A stretch of DNA of 64,000 nt from Corallochytrium limacisporum Hawaii (lineage: Eukaryota > Protista > Pluriformea): contig PDIP01000028.1 of assembly GCA_002811645.1 (NCBI GenBank), forward strand, positions 192,828 to 256,827, written 5' to 3'. The first letter of the stretch is position 1; each line of letters starts with the position of its first letter. Shown here piece after piece: positions 33,960 to 46,800 of this stretch. The position numbers and the translations under genes are program-made. Under the pieces are notes generated by a model. It saw only the letters and a list, made by a program, of their open reading frames with translations. It was not told the DNA's origin and did not search any database.

Positions 33960-34373
33960 ACAACGAAATACCCTTTAGCAAATCAGTAGCTTTGTCTAAT
34001 GGTCGCTTAGGAAGCTTGAAGTAACCGCCGCTGGTAGTGATCGAATAAGTCTGTGCATGCATAGGAATCCTGAAGTATGACCACAAAGTCTAGTGCGGTG
34101 TTGTGGTCTGTATGCTTTTACTCAAGAAAGCACTTCCAAAGCGCCCCAAGGGGGGGGGGAATGGTCGGGGGGCGGCGGTCCGCCAAATACGTGAAAGGGT
34201 CATAGCGAAGGCAGAGGTTCTTTTCAGCCCATTTATTGGCTCGCTAGTCATTTACAATCTTCTTTTATTTTCAGAATCTACAAGTGGAAAGAGAAGGAAG
34301 GTCATTCCTAATGGCACATGAGGTCGAGGGCAATAAGGACTTGTACTTTTGTGACATCTCTTGCTAATTCGCA

Positions 34374-35771
34374 TCAACAATCACCGACTTCAGCCGCCTC
34401 ACTTGCCACTGAGCTACCACAGACTTCGTCGTGGACTCCCACCAAACTACTACAGTCGGAGATAATGTCCCATGACTCACGACTGGTCTGCTGTCCACCG
34501 TTATTACTGCTCCCACCGCCGGTTCTCTGCTTGATGAACTGCGACAGTGTCCGCAGATCGTCCTCAGTGAGCTGCGAGATAATATCTGCGGTCCGCGGCG
34601 TGCCAGTCTCCGAGAAAGACGGTGGCGTCGGCACCACACCGTCCAGGCACGGTGGGCCGTGCAGTGACGTAAGTTGTGAGACAGTGTTCCGTCCTTGCCC
34701 GTATCCTCCTCTGCTGCCGCTCTTCATGCTGTGTTGTGGAGATGCAGACGAGAGCCGACCAGACCCGCGACGGCGGCCTGGATAGGCGGCAGTAGCCTCG
34801 TTCTGGCCAGCCCAGGCGTAATGTAGTGTTTCCCTCCGCTCCGAGGCATAGTGCGCAATCTCTCCTACCCCCGCGGAAGGTCCGCTGCCGTAGCCACCGA
34901 GCAAGGAGGCCAGCGCGGCAAAGAACCCGGAGCCCATGCCCGAGGAATCATAACCTTCCGGAAAGCCAGCGTCCGCATTCTCCAAACGGTCGTTCAGCAG
35001 TGCTTCTGCACCACATGCCATTAGGTATTCGTGCTCAATCTCACGTAGATACTTCTGTTCCTGCTTGTTTTGGTTCCGACGAATGATGTGGCACACTTCC
35101 TTGATCAGCTCAGGGTCAATGTCATTGCAGTCTAAATCGAGACGAATAAGCGAGTGGTTGTGTGCACTGAGCAGTCGAATTAGCGACCTGCAGCTCTGGT
35201 CGTTGAGGTCATTGTCGACGAGGTTCAGGCGCTGCAGTGAAGTGTTGGCCCTGAGTGCGTCAACCAAAGCGGCACATCCACGGGAGTCGATATTACATTG
35301 GCTAAGATCCAAGTACCGAATACTCCGGTTGTACAGGAGAAGATCCCCAATCGCAGCCACCGCCTCAGGCCCTATTGTGTTCCCTGCCAAGGTCAGCCGC
35401 CGAATCCGTGAGTTACCTCTCAGGGCCTGACAGAGCTGCTTAATTCGCAGGGGATTAAGTGAACGCCGACTTAGGAACAAATGCTCACCAATCTCAGCAC
35501 TACTGTTACGGAGTTTGTTGAGATAATTGTTCCAACGATCGTTCTGAGCTGCCACGTCGTTATAAACCCGGTTTCTGCAGCCCTTGGACGAGCTTTCAGT
35601 TCTCATGCCTTTTGAAATGTCAATGGCACGCTTGCAGTCGTCACGCGTGACTTCTGCCTGAGCTAAAACGCTCAAAGGGGGCATGCCCTGGGCGCCCACT
35701 TTCTGATCTCCGATACTGCTCTCATTCGAGAGTTCACCGGGCGGTCTCGCTCTGTCGTCAAACTTTAACAT
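34374..35771 (-). CDS. RNI-like leucine-rich repeat protein
   Basis: 28-residue repeats: IRRLTLAGNTIG, IRYLDLSQCNID, LQRLNLVDNDLN, LIRLDLDCNDID. First ATG at 35771. Confidence 0.85.
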   Translation of the reverse strand: MLKFDDRARPPGELSNESSIGDQKVGAQGMPPLSVLAQAEVTRDDCKRAIDISKGMRTESSSKGCRNRVYNDVAAQNDRWNNYLNKLRNSSAEIGEHLFLSRRSLNPLRIKQLCQALRGNSRIRRLTLAGNTIGPEAVAAIGDLLLYNRSIRYLDLSQCNIDSRGCAALVDALRANTSLQRLNLVDNDLNDQSCRSLIRLLSAHNHSLIRLDLDCNDIDPELIKEVCHIIRRNQNKQEQKYLREIEHEYLMACGAEALLNDRLENADAGFPEGYDSSGMGSGFFAALASLLGGYGSGPSAGVGEIAHYASERRETLHYAWAGQNEATAAYPGRRRGSGRLSSASPQHSMKSGSRGGYGQGRNTVSQLTSLHGPPCLDGVVPTPPSFSETGTPRTADIISQLTEDDLRTLSQFIKQRTGGGSSNNGGQQTSRESWDIISDCSSLVGVHDEVCGSSVASEAAEVGDC

Positions 35772-38613
35772 TGTTGCCACTACTTTGTTTCGATCTTCGC
35801 AACCTTAGTCCATAATTCTTCTTTCAGGCCAAGGTGTTCGTATGTTTCTCGCGACTAGTACAGAGTACACATATGTAACAAGTAAAATATAATTGATAAA
35901 TAGTAATAACTATTGTTGCCTAAAACATTGACTAAACTGGATGCTAACGATTTCGAAATACCTGACTTTTCCCGGTCTATGAGATGCAAGAACTAACCGT
36001 CGACACAAAACAAGAGTCACTTCCCCAATGGAATTGTACAAAAACACCGTACACAAGCAGTCTTCGGTGATAAAGAAGTCCACAGAGCTTCGAGCAAGCA
36101 TGTCATGAATGAGAGTGAGAACACAGACTTTCAGCACGTAACGTGCTCCAAGGCTGTCCCGTACAGCCGCTACCATGAACGCAGGTGAGTAATGGGAGAC
36201 TAAGAGAAAATCCAAACTCCGGCAGGCGGGTCTTTTCCCTCTGCATATTCTTTTCCTCCCGCCCTTCGCTTCGCGCATTTTCCACTGACCAATGTACTGC
36301 ACTCTCTTCTGCGCTTTGCCCGAAAGTCGCAACAAAGGGAAAACGACCGCAGCATTCCCTGACCGGCGCAGCGAGGACACAAAAAAAAAAAAATGAAAAG
36401 GAGTCGTTGCGGAGAAGGGCGAAGAATCAATTCAAGAGCCGAAGGGGTCACAAACTACGCGCGCGCGGTCTGCTCTTACTCATTCGCCCGTTCGGCTGAT
36501 CACCATCTACGGCGCTCCCCAGTGGCCAGTTTTGTAAACCAAAGGAGAAAATAAAAAGTATGCCAGGCCTTGCAAAATGGAACGTCTTCTTCTCCCTCTG
36601 GTGACACACACATACAGACCCGCCCTGGACACCTCCCCCGTCCCTTTGCTTCGCAGCAGTAGGAACAACGGTTAAGATTCCTTGGCCCAAAACCCCAGCC
36701 GTCTGCCAACAACCAACCACTCGGCTGATGCACCTGTCAGAAAGGAGCAGCCAAAAAAGAACCCACAGAAACAACCGGCACATAACTCTTAGTCTTGTCG
36801 TTTCCCTTGCGCGGCAAGGGAATTTTATTCGACATCCTCCCATCCCTTCACTGGGATACCGCTTTGGTTGTTTGACCCGTGGGGACCCCGACACGAATGA
36901 CGGCGAATTGACTAGGAGACTATGTTTGGGTCCTTGCCTGCCGTGTGCTTGTTTTGTGCTCCTATTGACTCTTACTTTCACTTCCTCCCCGTGCTCCCCC
37001 TTCCCTCCTTTTCCCTCTCGCACAAAACCCCTCCCCCCTCCCCCAACAAAACTTCTAATTCGTTCCTAACAGAAATCTTGCAATTCTGAACACTCGAAAT
37101 CACATCATTTCCTGCCCCTGCCTCCTTGCCTTCTCCGTAAAACTCTGTCTACTTCACTGCTTGGTGGTGCTGTATTCACCAACTCCAGTGTTATATACTG
37201 CTGCCAGTATAGTCGATTTATACACAAAACATTCACCTATCGTCCGTACGAGTTACTCTGGCGGCCGGGCGGAGTGCGCGCTGACACACACAGTCCGAGT
37301 GTGACCAACACAGAAGCAGCTCTCGCCTGTGAGCTCAGCTCACCGGTAACACACACACACACACACCCCTCTTCGCTTCCTGAGCTCTGGCTGAATATTA
37401 ATATATTTAATACCGCGCAGTTGCAGCGGGTGAGAGAAGCGTGGTCATTCCACAATCGATTTGTTTTTCCCAGACCCGCAACAGAAATAATTCGAAACGT
37501 TAATCCATGTTCCGACCCTACGCGACCTTCCCCCTTTGTCCGTTCCCATACCCAATCACCTCATTTGTCCGGATCACTCGTGTGCATGCCGTCTGTCTTG
37601 GATTTTTTCTGCAACCGCAACAAGTTCCCCCAGCAGAAGCTGGCAGACTGGGCGCACATGCATTCAGTAGCCACTGTTGCGGTGGACTGGATGGTATCCA
37701 ATGCTTGCGCACCCGGCGTCTGTGGCTGCCCGCTTAATCGCATGTGACGGAATGGAAACGACCAAACCGTTTGCACACTATTTTGGATGTGTCAACCTAT
37801 AATGCGCGACAAAGGAGCGGAACAAGCGAACCTAACCACCGTGCGCCGGGTGTATATTCGAACCGCCCACAGCGGTAGGTAAGGCGCGCAGGTACTACAT
37901 GGTCGAGGCGTCCGAGCACAACAACAGTGGGCTACTAATATCGATTCGATGCATCTGTGGGCTTGTAAACTCCATCTTTTAACACAGCGAAAACAGAAGA
38001 AATACCGTTGCTCATCTCAAGAAATTCAAATACGCCGCACCTTGCCGAAGTCGGTTGGGCGGTGGTGATACTCTGCAGAGCGCAAGTATTGATGCTTATC
38101 CTCCAACGGGGCAGGTGTTCGCAACAGGCCGACTACCATGCGCACAAGGAACAGCTAAAAACTTAGAGGACGATTATCATCTGGTGGAATCTCTGTCCCC
38201 AATTTCACTTCCCAGCTGGCAGAGCTGCAGTATTCCCGGACATACTATCAGCCGCGCAAACGAAAAGGTCACCGCAACCTCATGTCGATGCCAATCTCTT
38301 CACCACAGAGCGGGAGAGATGTTTGAGTGAGCTTAATTTTCACTGTTCTTGGAAACCGGCCCCAAGTTCTTTTGTTTGTCATTACATGACATCAGTCTCT
38401 GGTAGGCAACCTCCCCCTCCCCTCCCCCCAGCCAAGGCAACCGAGGTACGGAGGAGATTGTGACATACGGGCCTGAGAAACCATTTCGGAGCCATCAGAG
38501 TTCCAAAGAACCGCTCACAGGGTGTTGATCCCAACTAAATCACACCAGGCTGATGTCCATCAGTTCCTCACTGCTCAGCAAGCACAGAGTAAGCCACAAT
38601 CAATAAAACAAGT

Positions 38614-39850
38614 ATGAGAAGAATGAGACGAGCCCATTAAGATGCTAAAGTATGGTTGCTATTAAGCCATGCCAAAGAGCCCGCCTTTGGGGGGTACTCT
38701 GCCGAAGACCTGGTCCTCATGCAGAACAAACTCGACGATCCCGAACGTATGGAGTACATCGGGCTTGAATTAAGCAAGGCAGAGTAAAACATTAGAAAAG
38801 GAGCCTTTGACGAGGCTCTGGTGGGAGTTCGTGGAGTAGCAAAGTACTTGTACGGCCGAGGAGAACATCGCGCTGCAGCTGAGTTCTTTGGCAAGGCTGT
38901 AGCCATCGTGGGACTGGAAGCCCCTGAACGAGGAATGCAAGGCCCGCTACGCTTCTGAGTTGGATTATTGCTCGCAGTTTCATTCACACAGGAGACTCCA
39001 GCCAGGCTGTGGGACACTGTAAGGAAGCCCACCACCCTGGCGATGGGGGATGCCCGGAACATCAGCGGTGACCGAACATCATTGGACGCTGGCGCCCTGT
39101 ACGATGCATGTCAATTATTGGATGATGCGCTGTGGAATGAGGCTCTAAATGGACCCGAAGCGGATTGCAAAACAGACAGTCTACACCATGTCCTCGCACG
39201 TGCCAGTGACATTGCTTTCGGAGGCCCCGCGCGAGGCTGGCTTGCCCGAGATTCTTTTCCGTCTCGGATCATTCTTCCAGACTCGCGGAGAATACAAGAA
39301 GGCCCAGTCTTCTTTTGCCCAGGCTAGCGATTTACCAATACCCGATGCAATTGAACGGGTACCCGCAGAATGGCCGCGCCTGTATCTGTCGCTCGCTCGG
39401 TCCATTATCGACTCGGACATTGACCCATTCGGAAGATCGATGTCCCAGATGAACGTTGATGATAGTCGGATGGGTTTGTCCAACGCACCAGTTGGTAAGG
39501 CGCATCAACTTGTTGACCAGGCTGTTAAACTCGTTGACAATGTACAGGATGAGAGGAACGATTCTGAACAGAACCAGCGTCTACTCATACTACAGGAGGC
39601 CGGTCAGTTGATGAACCGTCTGGGCCGTACCGACGAAGTCAATTCTCTTCTGCACAAAGTGCAGGATGAGGCTGGTGGCACTTCTGCATGCAATGCTATC
39701 CAGCGGGTCATTGCTCTGGATCTAATCGTGGCTAGCACAGATACGATTTTTGCGGCCTACGCAGCAGCCTGCGGCGGTGTGGATGACGAATGCCTGGTAC
39801 GTTTGGTGAACTTCAAGCTAGGCTTTAACCATGATTTTGCCATGTCATGA
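38614..39850 (+). pseudogene. TTC29-like TPR pseudogene
   Basis: Collinear blocks across three frames: IKMLKYG; DDPERMEYIGLELSKAE*NIRKG..AKYLYGRGEHRAAAEFF; IARSFIHTGDSSQAVGHCKEAH; YDACQLL..VLARASDIA; EILFRLGSFFQTRGEYKKA; DECLVRLVNFK. In-frame TAA at 38785 and at least three frameshifts. Family call is from recalled TTC29 sequence. Confidence 0.65.
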
Positions 39851-40951
39851 CCCAAGGCATCCACCAAGAGCAACGACCAGTTCGTCGTCAAACTACACAT
39901 GGAACTTCATTCCAAGAAACTGGCTTCGACTTCTCCAAAGAGAGGGATGACGCATGGAAGTGCTCGCTACTACCGGATTGGCCTAGAGGCTGGTGGGGGT
40001 GACTGGTTGCTCCCTCCGTGCCGAAAGTAGTTCTGCGACTCTTGTATTAACATAACATATAGTAGAGAATTCATACCAATTCCCCGTATTCTGAAGCTTT
40101 TTCGAACAGAGGGAGCAACCAACCAACCCCCCCAACAAAATGGGAGTGCCCCCCCCGGAGGGGGGGGGGTTTTGAAAGAACTGTGCTCTGGTAGAAAACA
40201 TTCCGCTCGTTCTCCTCCTTGGTTTGCGGGCCATTTCCTAATTCTTGTGAGGGTACCGTAGGTCTAGAGGGAATCCCCCCCTTACATTCTCAATTTCGTA
40301 TCTTAAGAATCTTGTTGGAAGTGGTAGTTGCTGGTTGGTTTGGTCTTTCATACAAGACGAGGCAAGGAAATCAAAACACCCCCCCCCCATGCAAAGACGT
40401 ACGCAAGCTACTATTGGCTTCGTCCGCCTTCTCCCCTTACCACTTCCCAATGTCGCACAAGTGAAAATTGGAAAGCCCCACCACGGCACGGTTAATGATG
40501 ATGAACCTTGCGCACGAATCACACCGTCACACAGCGGAGATAGAGGAAATAAGGGAGGGACGGTACCGAGGCGCAGTGTCCTTGCACAGTCCCCTCATCT
40601 GGGGGTGCTCCCTGTGCTGACACTATGGCAGGCCCGGTTATATGTACAATGGTGACACAACCATGAGATAGGTCATTGAATGCCTAGTTTTGAAGCACTC
40701 AGCTTTGTTGGTGAATCTTCGGACAACTTGTGTCCTGCGTTTGGATCAGGTCGGTAAGTAGTTGAGGTTATGCTACTTCACGGCGAGCAAGTCTTTGAGG
40801 AGTGGGTGAATATTGACTCCACCGGTTGTGCAAAGACAGAGAGTTCTTACGTCACTATATCCAAAGGTATCCAAGTTCTTTAAAAAACTTCGGCACACTT
40901 CCTGTCACATCTGTCCACTGTAACAGAAACGGAGATATCAAATTCAGAACG

Positions 40952-41737
40952 ATGAACGGAGTTGAACGATTGGCTGGTAAAGTTGTGCTTATCACTGGCT
41001 CGTCTGCTGGCATCGGTGAAGCTGTTGCCCGCATTCTTGCCCCCCATGGTTGCAAACTGGTGCTTGTAGCCCGTCGTCGTGAGCGCCTTATTGATCTGAA
41101 GGAGCAGCTCTCCAAGCTCACAAGCGCAGAGAACATTTTCATTGAGAAGCTCGATGTTACCGACGGTGCTGCGGTGGAAAAGTTTGCTAATGAGGACCTC
41201 CCTGAGCAATTCCGCAATGTTGACATTCTCGTGAACAATGCCGGTGGTGCCCATGGCCTGGACCGAGTCCACGAGGTGCAGGACAAGGACCTGCAGACCA
41301 TGATTGAAGTTAATGTTAAGGGTCTATTGTACATGCAACGTGCCTTTGTGCCCGGAATGATTCAGCGCAATACTGGCCATGTGATCAACATTTCTAGCAT
41401 TGCCGGCCGCAATCCCTACCCTGGAGGAGGTGTGTACTGCGGTACCAAGGCCATGGTCGACTCCATCACCTCTGCCTTGCGTATGGAACTGGTGAAGACA
41501 AACGTAAAGGTTACGTCCATTGCGCCTGGAATGGTGGAGACAGAATTTTCGATGGTGCGCTTCCACGGAGACAGTGAAAAGGCGGCGAATGTGTACAGAG
41601 GTTTAGAACCTCTTGGACCTGAAGATATTGCCGACAATGTCCTGTACGCCGTCACGCGTCCCGTACATGTTGTTATTGCAGACATGCTCGTTTTGCCTAA
41701 TTGCCAGGCCGGCGCATACCACATCCACAAAGCTTAG
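40952..41737 (+). CDS. NADP-dependent 3-hydroxy acid dehydrogenase, SDR family (YdfG/YMR226C-like)
   Basis: TGSSAGIG, ARRRERL, NNAG, NISSIAG, YCGTK, PGMVETEFSMVRFHGD..A..VY.G..PL..EDIA. First ATG at 40952. Confidence 0.92.
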   Translation: MNGVERLAGKVVLITGSSAGIGEAVARILAPHGCKLVLVARRRERLIDLKEQLSKLTSAENIFIEKLDVTDGAAVEKFANEDLPEQFRNVDILVNNAGGAHGLDRVHEVQDKDLQTMIEVNVKGLLYMQRAFVPGMIQRNTGHVINISSIAGRNPYPGGGVYCGTKAMVDSITSALRMELVKTNVKVTSIAPGMVETEFSMVRFHGDSEKAANVYRGLEPLGPEDIADNVLYAVTRPVHVVIADMLVLPNCQAGAYHIHKA

Positions 41738-41961
41738 CTGAATACTCGATTGACAATATGAGACGCAAATCAAATTGACATTAAAGTGATTCATGTAAAG
41801 TACCTAAACTAAATTCAATTGGAAATTACAGTGGGTTCCCAAATTCAATTAGGAGAGTTGTATACTTTATCAAATAAATCTCCATTCAAAGCTTCACAGC
41901 AGTCAAAGGCTTATCTATTTAGGAAATATCAATGTGAGATCACAATAGAATCACAATACGT

Positions 41962-42531
41962 TTACTTGTAGTTGTTTGGATAGCTGATTTCCTCGAAATT
42001 GATCCTGTAGCTCTTAGTCAAATGTCCCAGGCGAACTTTTTGTTGTTGAGTGTCGTATGAATATCTGACTCATATTTCCAACGATGCACATGTAAACCGT
42101 TGACTGTAGACATTATACTCTATTTGATTTTGAAAGAATACGTATTTCTTATACAAAGAGGCTGTCATCCTCAGAGGAATTACGAGGGTATGTGTTTGGA
42201 TAAGGGATCTTGGCCACTCTTGATCAGTTTGGAATTCCGTTGTGATGTTACGCAACATGTGACCATTGGCATATTCTTCAATTCAGAAACGGATCAAGAA
42301 TTTGGTCAGCATTGTTACGGTAGTTTGTTTTACTAATGTCGTGGACAAGCTTCCTTTCTGAATTTCGCCCAATGTGTTTTTGACCACCTCCTCACTGTTA
42401 GCACTGGCGATCCAAATAGACTCCCGCGTCCGCGTTGCCAAAGGGGCCAGGGGACTACTGCCCCGCTCACCCTTTAACAGTCTTACCCCAACTCGCACCC
42501 GCTCCACAAAATGCCTTCTATATCCAGGCTG
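41962..42531 (-). pseudogene. Possible relic reading frame interrupted only by two TGA codons
   Basis: ORF-track ORFs 42283-42507 and 42070-42258 are in the same frame and continue to TAA at 41962. About 190 codons with only two internal stops. No family recognised. Confidence 0.3.
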
Positions 42532-43000
42532 TTACAACCGTGCAGCCCAGGCTCCATATAACCCACCCCTTACGGATAGGCGGCGAACCAACGCTCCTTT
42601 TGAAGGGGTCAATGACTGTATGAAGCCGAGAGCAAAGAAGGCTCACAGGCGAAGGAACGGGGAGCGGGCGGGGGTCCCATTCCAGAACAAGTCAACTCGG
42701 AACCAACTGCTTTCAACCAACTAATTCTGAGCGGGCGGCCGGGTCGATGTCACATTGCTAAATGGAAATATTATCAAGGTAAAATCTATTGCGCAGCCAA
42801 CCCGCAAAAAGAAAGAAAAGGCGGTGACGTCCCCCTCGCTGATAAACTGGGGTGTCACGGTCAGTCGAGTGGAGTTCGATAAGTAATAGTGCGCACAATG
42901 GACTGGCCGGTGTTTTCAATTTTGCAATACAGGATGCTACTTAGGTGAATCTTTTAAATGGTCTTTCAGGAGCGGAAAAATTCGAAAATTGTATACGTAC

Positions 43001-43657
43001 ATGAATATGTGTCTCCGTAAAAGTAATGGTGTGGCCATCGGGTCAAATACAGAAATGCTTGGGGATCGCGTCACTTCTGGACCTGGCGCACCGTCCAACC
43101 CAATAGATACTGACAGACATTCTGAACTAGACGTGGACGCAGCCTATAGGTATAGGGATGCTTTAGGAAGAGATTCCTATGGACGGAGGGGTGCAATGGT
43201 ACCCGGCAACTTTGAATGGTCAGCGCTCGCAGCGGTACGTGACGAGCTTGAGGAATTGCCCCCCGACGAAGCTGACAGAACGGAAATTTGCTTTGGAGAC
43301 GTAGTCTACCACGAAGGAAATCCAGTACGAGCCACGATCAAAGATACTATGCACGACATTGGCAACGAAACTAGTCCCCTGGATTTGAGCGCCGACAATG
43401 ACTCTGGGCTGGGAGGCATTGAAAGCACACCGCAAGAAGGACCGCCCACGGAGATGTACTCCACACCGATGACCTGGAACGGCAGCATTAACCACGGTAG
43501 GGAGCTTTATCAATATTTAAGTGGCAATGATGGAATTGAGAGACGGTTCCGTGATGTCACCCTGCACAGTGTGACGAGTCTGACTGGTGACGGAAGTCAG
43601 CGCATGTCGACAGCTAGCGGGGGTTCTTCAGGGTTGCCTTTGAACAGAAATGGATGA
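43001..43657 (+). CDS. Hypothetical acidic protein
   Basis: About 218-aa ORF with natural-looking composition, convergent with WDR35 across an AT-rich spacer. No motif recognised. Confidence 0.5.
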   Translation: MNMCLRKSNGVAIGSNTEMLGDRVTSGPGAPSNPIDTDRHSELDVDAAYRYRDALGRDSYGRRGAMVPGNFEWSALAAVRDELEELPPDEADRTEICFGDVVYHEGNPVRATIKDTMHDIGNETSPLDLSADNDSGLGGIESTPQEGPPTEMYSTPMTWNGSINHGRELYQYLSGNDGIERRFRDVTLHSVTSLTGDGSQRMSTASGGSSGLPLNRNG

Positions 43658-43881
43658 AATCTCAGTGCAAGAAACACAATTTTGAAACCAAGCTATTGTC
43701 ATTTTGTTAAAGAAGCTCAAGCGCATACAGACACTGCAATCGAATAGACCACTTATCTGTAACATAAGTAAACGGAATGTGTTCACCATCACAATCACAA
43801 TACAACACAGCATCCCCATACACTTAACAGCACATATATATATTATCGCTTGCTAATCCAATTGAGGAAATATGGCTGCCA

Positions 43882-46800
43882 TCATTCCTGCTGTTCTCCG
43901 CATAGCCGACAGGTCCAGTCACCACTGTCACCCTCCGTTTCCTCCCAGTGTGCACATTGCCAACAACGGCGCAAACCATCTATGCGACGCCAACCTCGCG
44001 GGCTAGCCAGGTGCTCGCTGCTACGGTCCTTCGGCGTGCACGCTCCCACAGCTAAAGGTCGACCAGTCTTCATTGATGGCGGGAAGACAGCGTTGCAGCC
44101 AGGACAAAGATAGGTTGTCATTGGGAACGAACTCTCTGGCTCGGTGGCACGCAAGCCGCAGGCTCCACAGGATGCTTGGAATGTATTGGGTACCAATGTA
44201 GGCCCCGAGAGCTGTGTGGAGGACCGCAGTGGGGTTTCATCGTTCATCCGAGTCTCCTCCATGACGGCCAGCTTGAAGCTCTCTACAAGTGTGCGGACGT
44301 TCTGTTCGTTTGGTCCGAGCAGCTGCGCGGCGAGATCACTTGCATCCGAGAGAAGCTCTGCTGGACGGTGCCTACCACTGCCACCCTTCAAGATTTGCTC
44401 ATCAATAGCCACCGCAGTGCCACTGGCACGTAGTACCATCCGTGCACGGAATAGGGCCCCGTGACAAGCTGAGATGTTTCCAGAAGCGTAGGCACTGATA
44501 GCATGTAGTACACAGAGCCCAGTCTCTGGCAGAAAGTCCGGGTAGCGGTGCAATCCGCAGCTCACAATGTATGCGGCCTTGAACTGATGGTCCAGGAGCA
44601 ATCTACTGAGTAACCCGAGCAAATGACAGGCCTCTGCCCGGCGGTACAGTAAGGCGGACTCCCGCGGAAGCAAGTTCAAACCGTATTGATGGCCTTCCAT
44701 GGGTGGTGTCGCTCCGGCAGCACCGTCACCATCAGATTTGCTATTCGTACCTGGAGCGGCCACCGACTTCCCAGCAGCCTCTCCCTCGGCGACTACTGGC
44801 GATGAGCCACCTGAAGCTATGAGCGTGGCCAAGTTTGATACCTCAGAACCAGGTATGCTTTTGCCATACGACTCCTCGAACTTGCGAGCCATGCGACCGG
44901 CCATAATGTAAAGGCGCTTAAGCGTGAGAGGAACAGACCACAGTTCCTGTGGTTGTTTTGTGACCAAGTCGACAGCGATGTGACAGAGCAGCAGTGCAGC
45001 CTTGCCGTACTCCCCACTGCGGCGGTAAAAGTCCACGGCTTGCATAAAACTGCCACGGACGACTAGCTGATCGCCGTAGGCATTGAAGATGGTTTCAACA
45101 TTGAGCACTGAGTACTTCTGAGCAAGTTCCATGGCGATATCTCCTCGATTCAAATCGCAGCAGGACGCGATTGCACGTTCGTAGGCTCTGCCTTTCTCGA
45201 AGGCCCGTACGGCGTCTTCGACCATACCCACACTCGCAAGCTTGTGGCCAATTTCACAGAGCAGAGATGTAGCTTGCGACGGGGTCAAAGCGAATGGTTT
45301 GTTCTCCTTCTGGCCGGCGGCATCGGCATCAATGAGAACAATGAGTTTGGCAATTTCATTATAGTCCTCCATCATGAAGTAGCACTGGCTTAGGGTCTGG
45401 TAATCCTCAGCTTTGCGAAGAGGCATAGTGGCCTTGACGTACTGCTGGCGATCCTTTAGGTACTCTCCTACTTTGCCATTGCAGTAGGGCACATTGGCAA
45501 TGGACTGGAGCATGCCATTGTTTGATTCTTTCACAGCTGGGTGATTAGCATAGTCCAGTACCAGCAGCTTCATTCGGAAGTAGTCACCTATCTTGTGACG
45601 CATGATTATGGCTAGGTCCGGCCTGGACGCGCGCACGAAAAGATTTTCTGCACGGTCAAAGCGGCGGCGGTGGACCTCAATCTCTGCGCGGCGTAGCATT
45701 TTGTCATCTATTCCGCGGATACGCTTCACAATCCGCAGGGCAGCCAGGTCCTTACTTCGTTGATAACACCTTTGCGCGATGTCGAGACGTTCTTGGTCAA
45801 GAGACTCGTCTGCTAGCAATTTCCATAGCCGCGTGTGAGCGTGTTTTTCCACAAATGCCAAGACATCATTCAGAGTAATAGGGTCTTGGTCCCTGCTGAT
45901 GCCACTGGCTTTGCGCAGTAATTCGCCGCATTGGCGCAAAGAGGCTGAGTCCATCTTCACTATGGCATCCAAATTAGGTCGCGTTGGATTACTCAAAATC
46001 TCATTCAACATGACTATCTTAATGTTGAGATCAGTAAACGCACAAACATGCCCACTGCATAGATATTCTTCCAGTTGGTTCACATTCCGACTAATGTATA
46101 GTTTGTTCTTAGCCATATAGATGAAGAGGCCAGGATCGTCAGCCGCCCAGGTCACGTCCCAGACATCCGGGACCTGCCAAGCCCGGGATCTGCTGCCGTT
46201 GTCGGAGGTCGGTTCTTCGAGCAGCCGACCAATACGAGTCTTCGATGCAACTTTTCCACTCTGCTTTTCATCGTGCCGGGTCTGTCCATTGCTTACCGAT
46301 GCCACTAGATCGTCATCCAGCAAACAGAGAAACAGGGAATGATTGTTGGTGATCAGTGCCAACTGTGTGTCATTGCAGTTAAGAGCAATGTGGTACACAG
46401 GTGTTCTGAAGTCCTGCCTAGCCACGGGTTGGCAGGACGGGAGAGAAAATGCAGTCACAATCCCTCCCTGCCGTGCGACGAGCAGCAGATCATTGCTCAC
46501 TGCGAGACAGACGATCGGGTTGTCCGTTGGCAGCGGCTTGATGTCCATGGCCTGGTCAGGGCGCTGGAGCTGTTGGTCATCGATATGGAACAGGGCCTCC
46601 CACTCAATACCTGCGGTGTTACTGCTACTGTCGTGTGGACCACCACCCGATTCCGCCGACAGCGGCGAAGACCCGGCGCTGACCATGCGATGGCGGCAGC
46701 AGTAGACGAGTTCATTGCTGCCCGCAACAATCGTCTGATTTGTGGCACTTACGTCTATTGGCATGAAGGGCAGCAGAATCTCTAGCAGAGCAGCACCAAT

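Noticed and set aside
38614-39850. Stop-codon reassignment as the explanation for the internal stops
   Set aside because: TAA, TAG and TGA all terminate intact genes in this window, and the locus also needs frameshifts, which fits pseudogenisation.
20891-41737. AcuI plus the YdfG-like SDR as an acrylate/3-hydroxypropionate gene cluster
   Set aside because: They are 19 kb apart with many unrelated genes between them, and YdfG-like SDRs are common.
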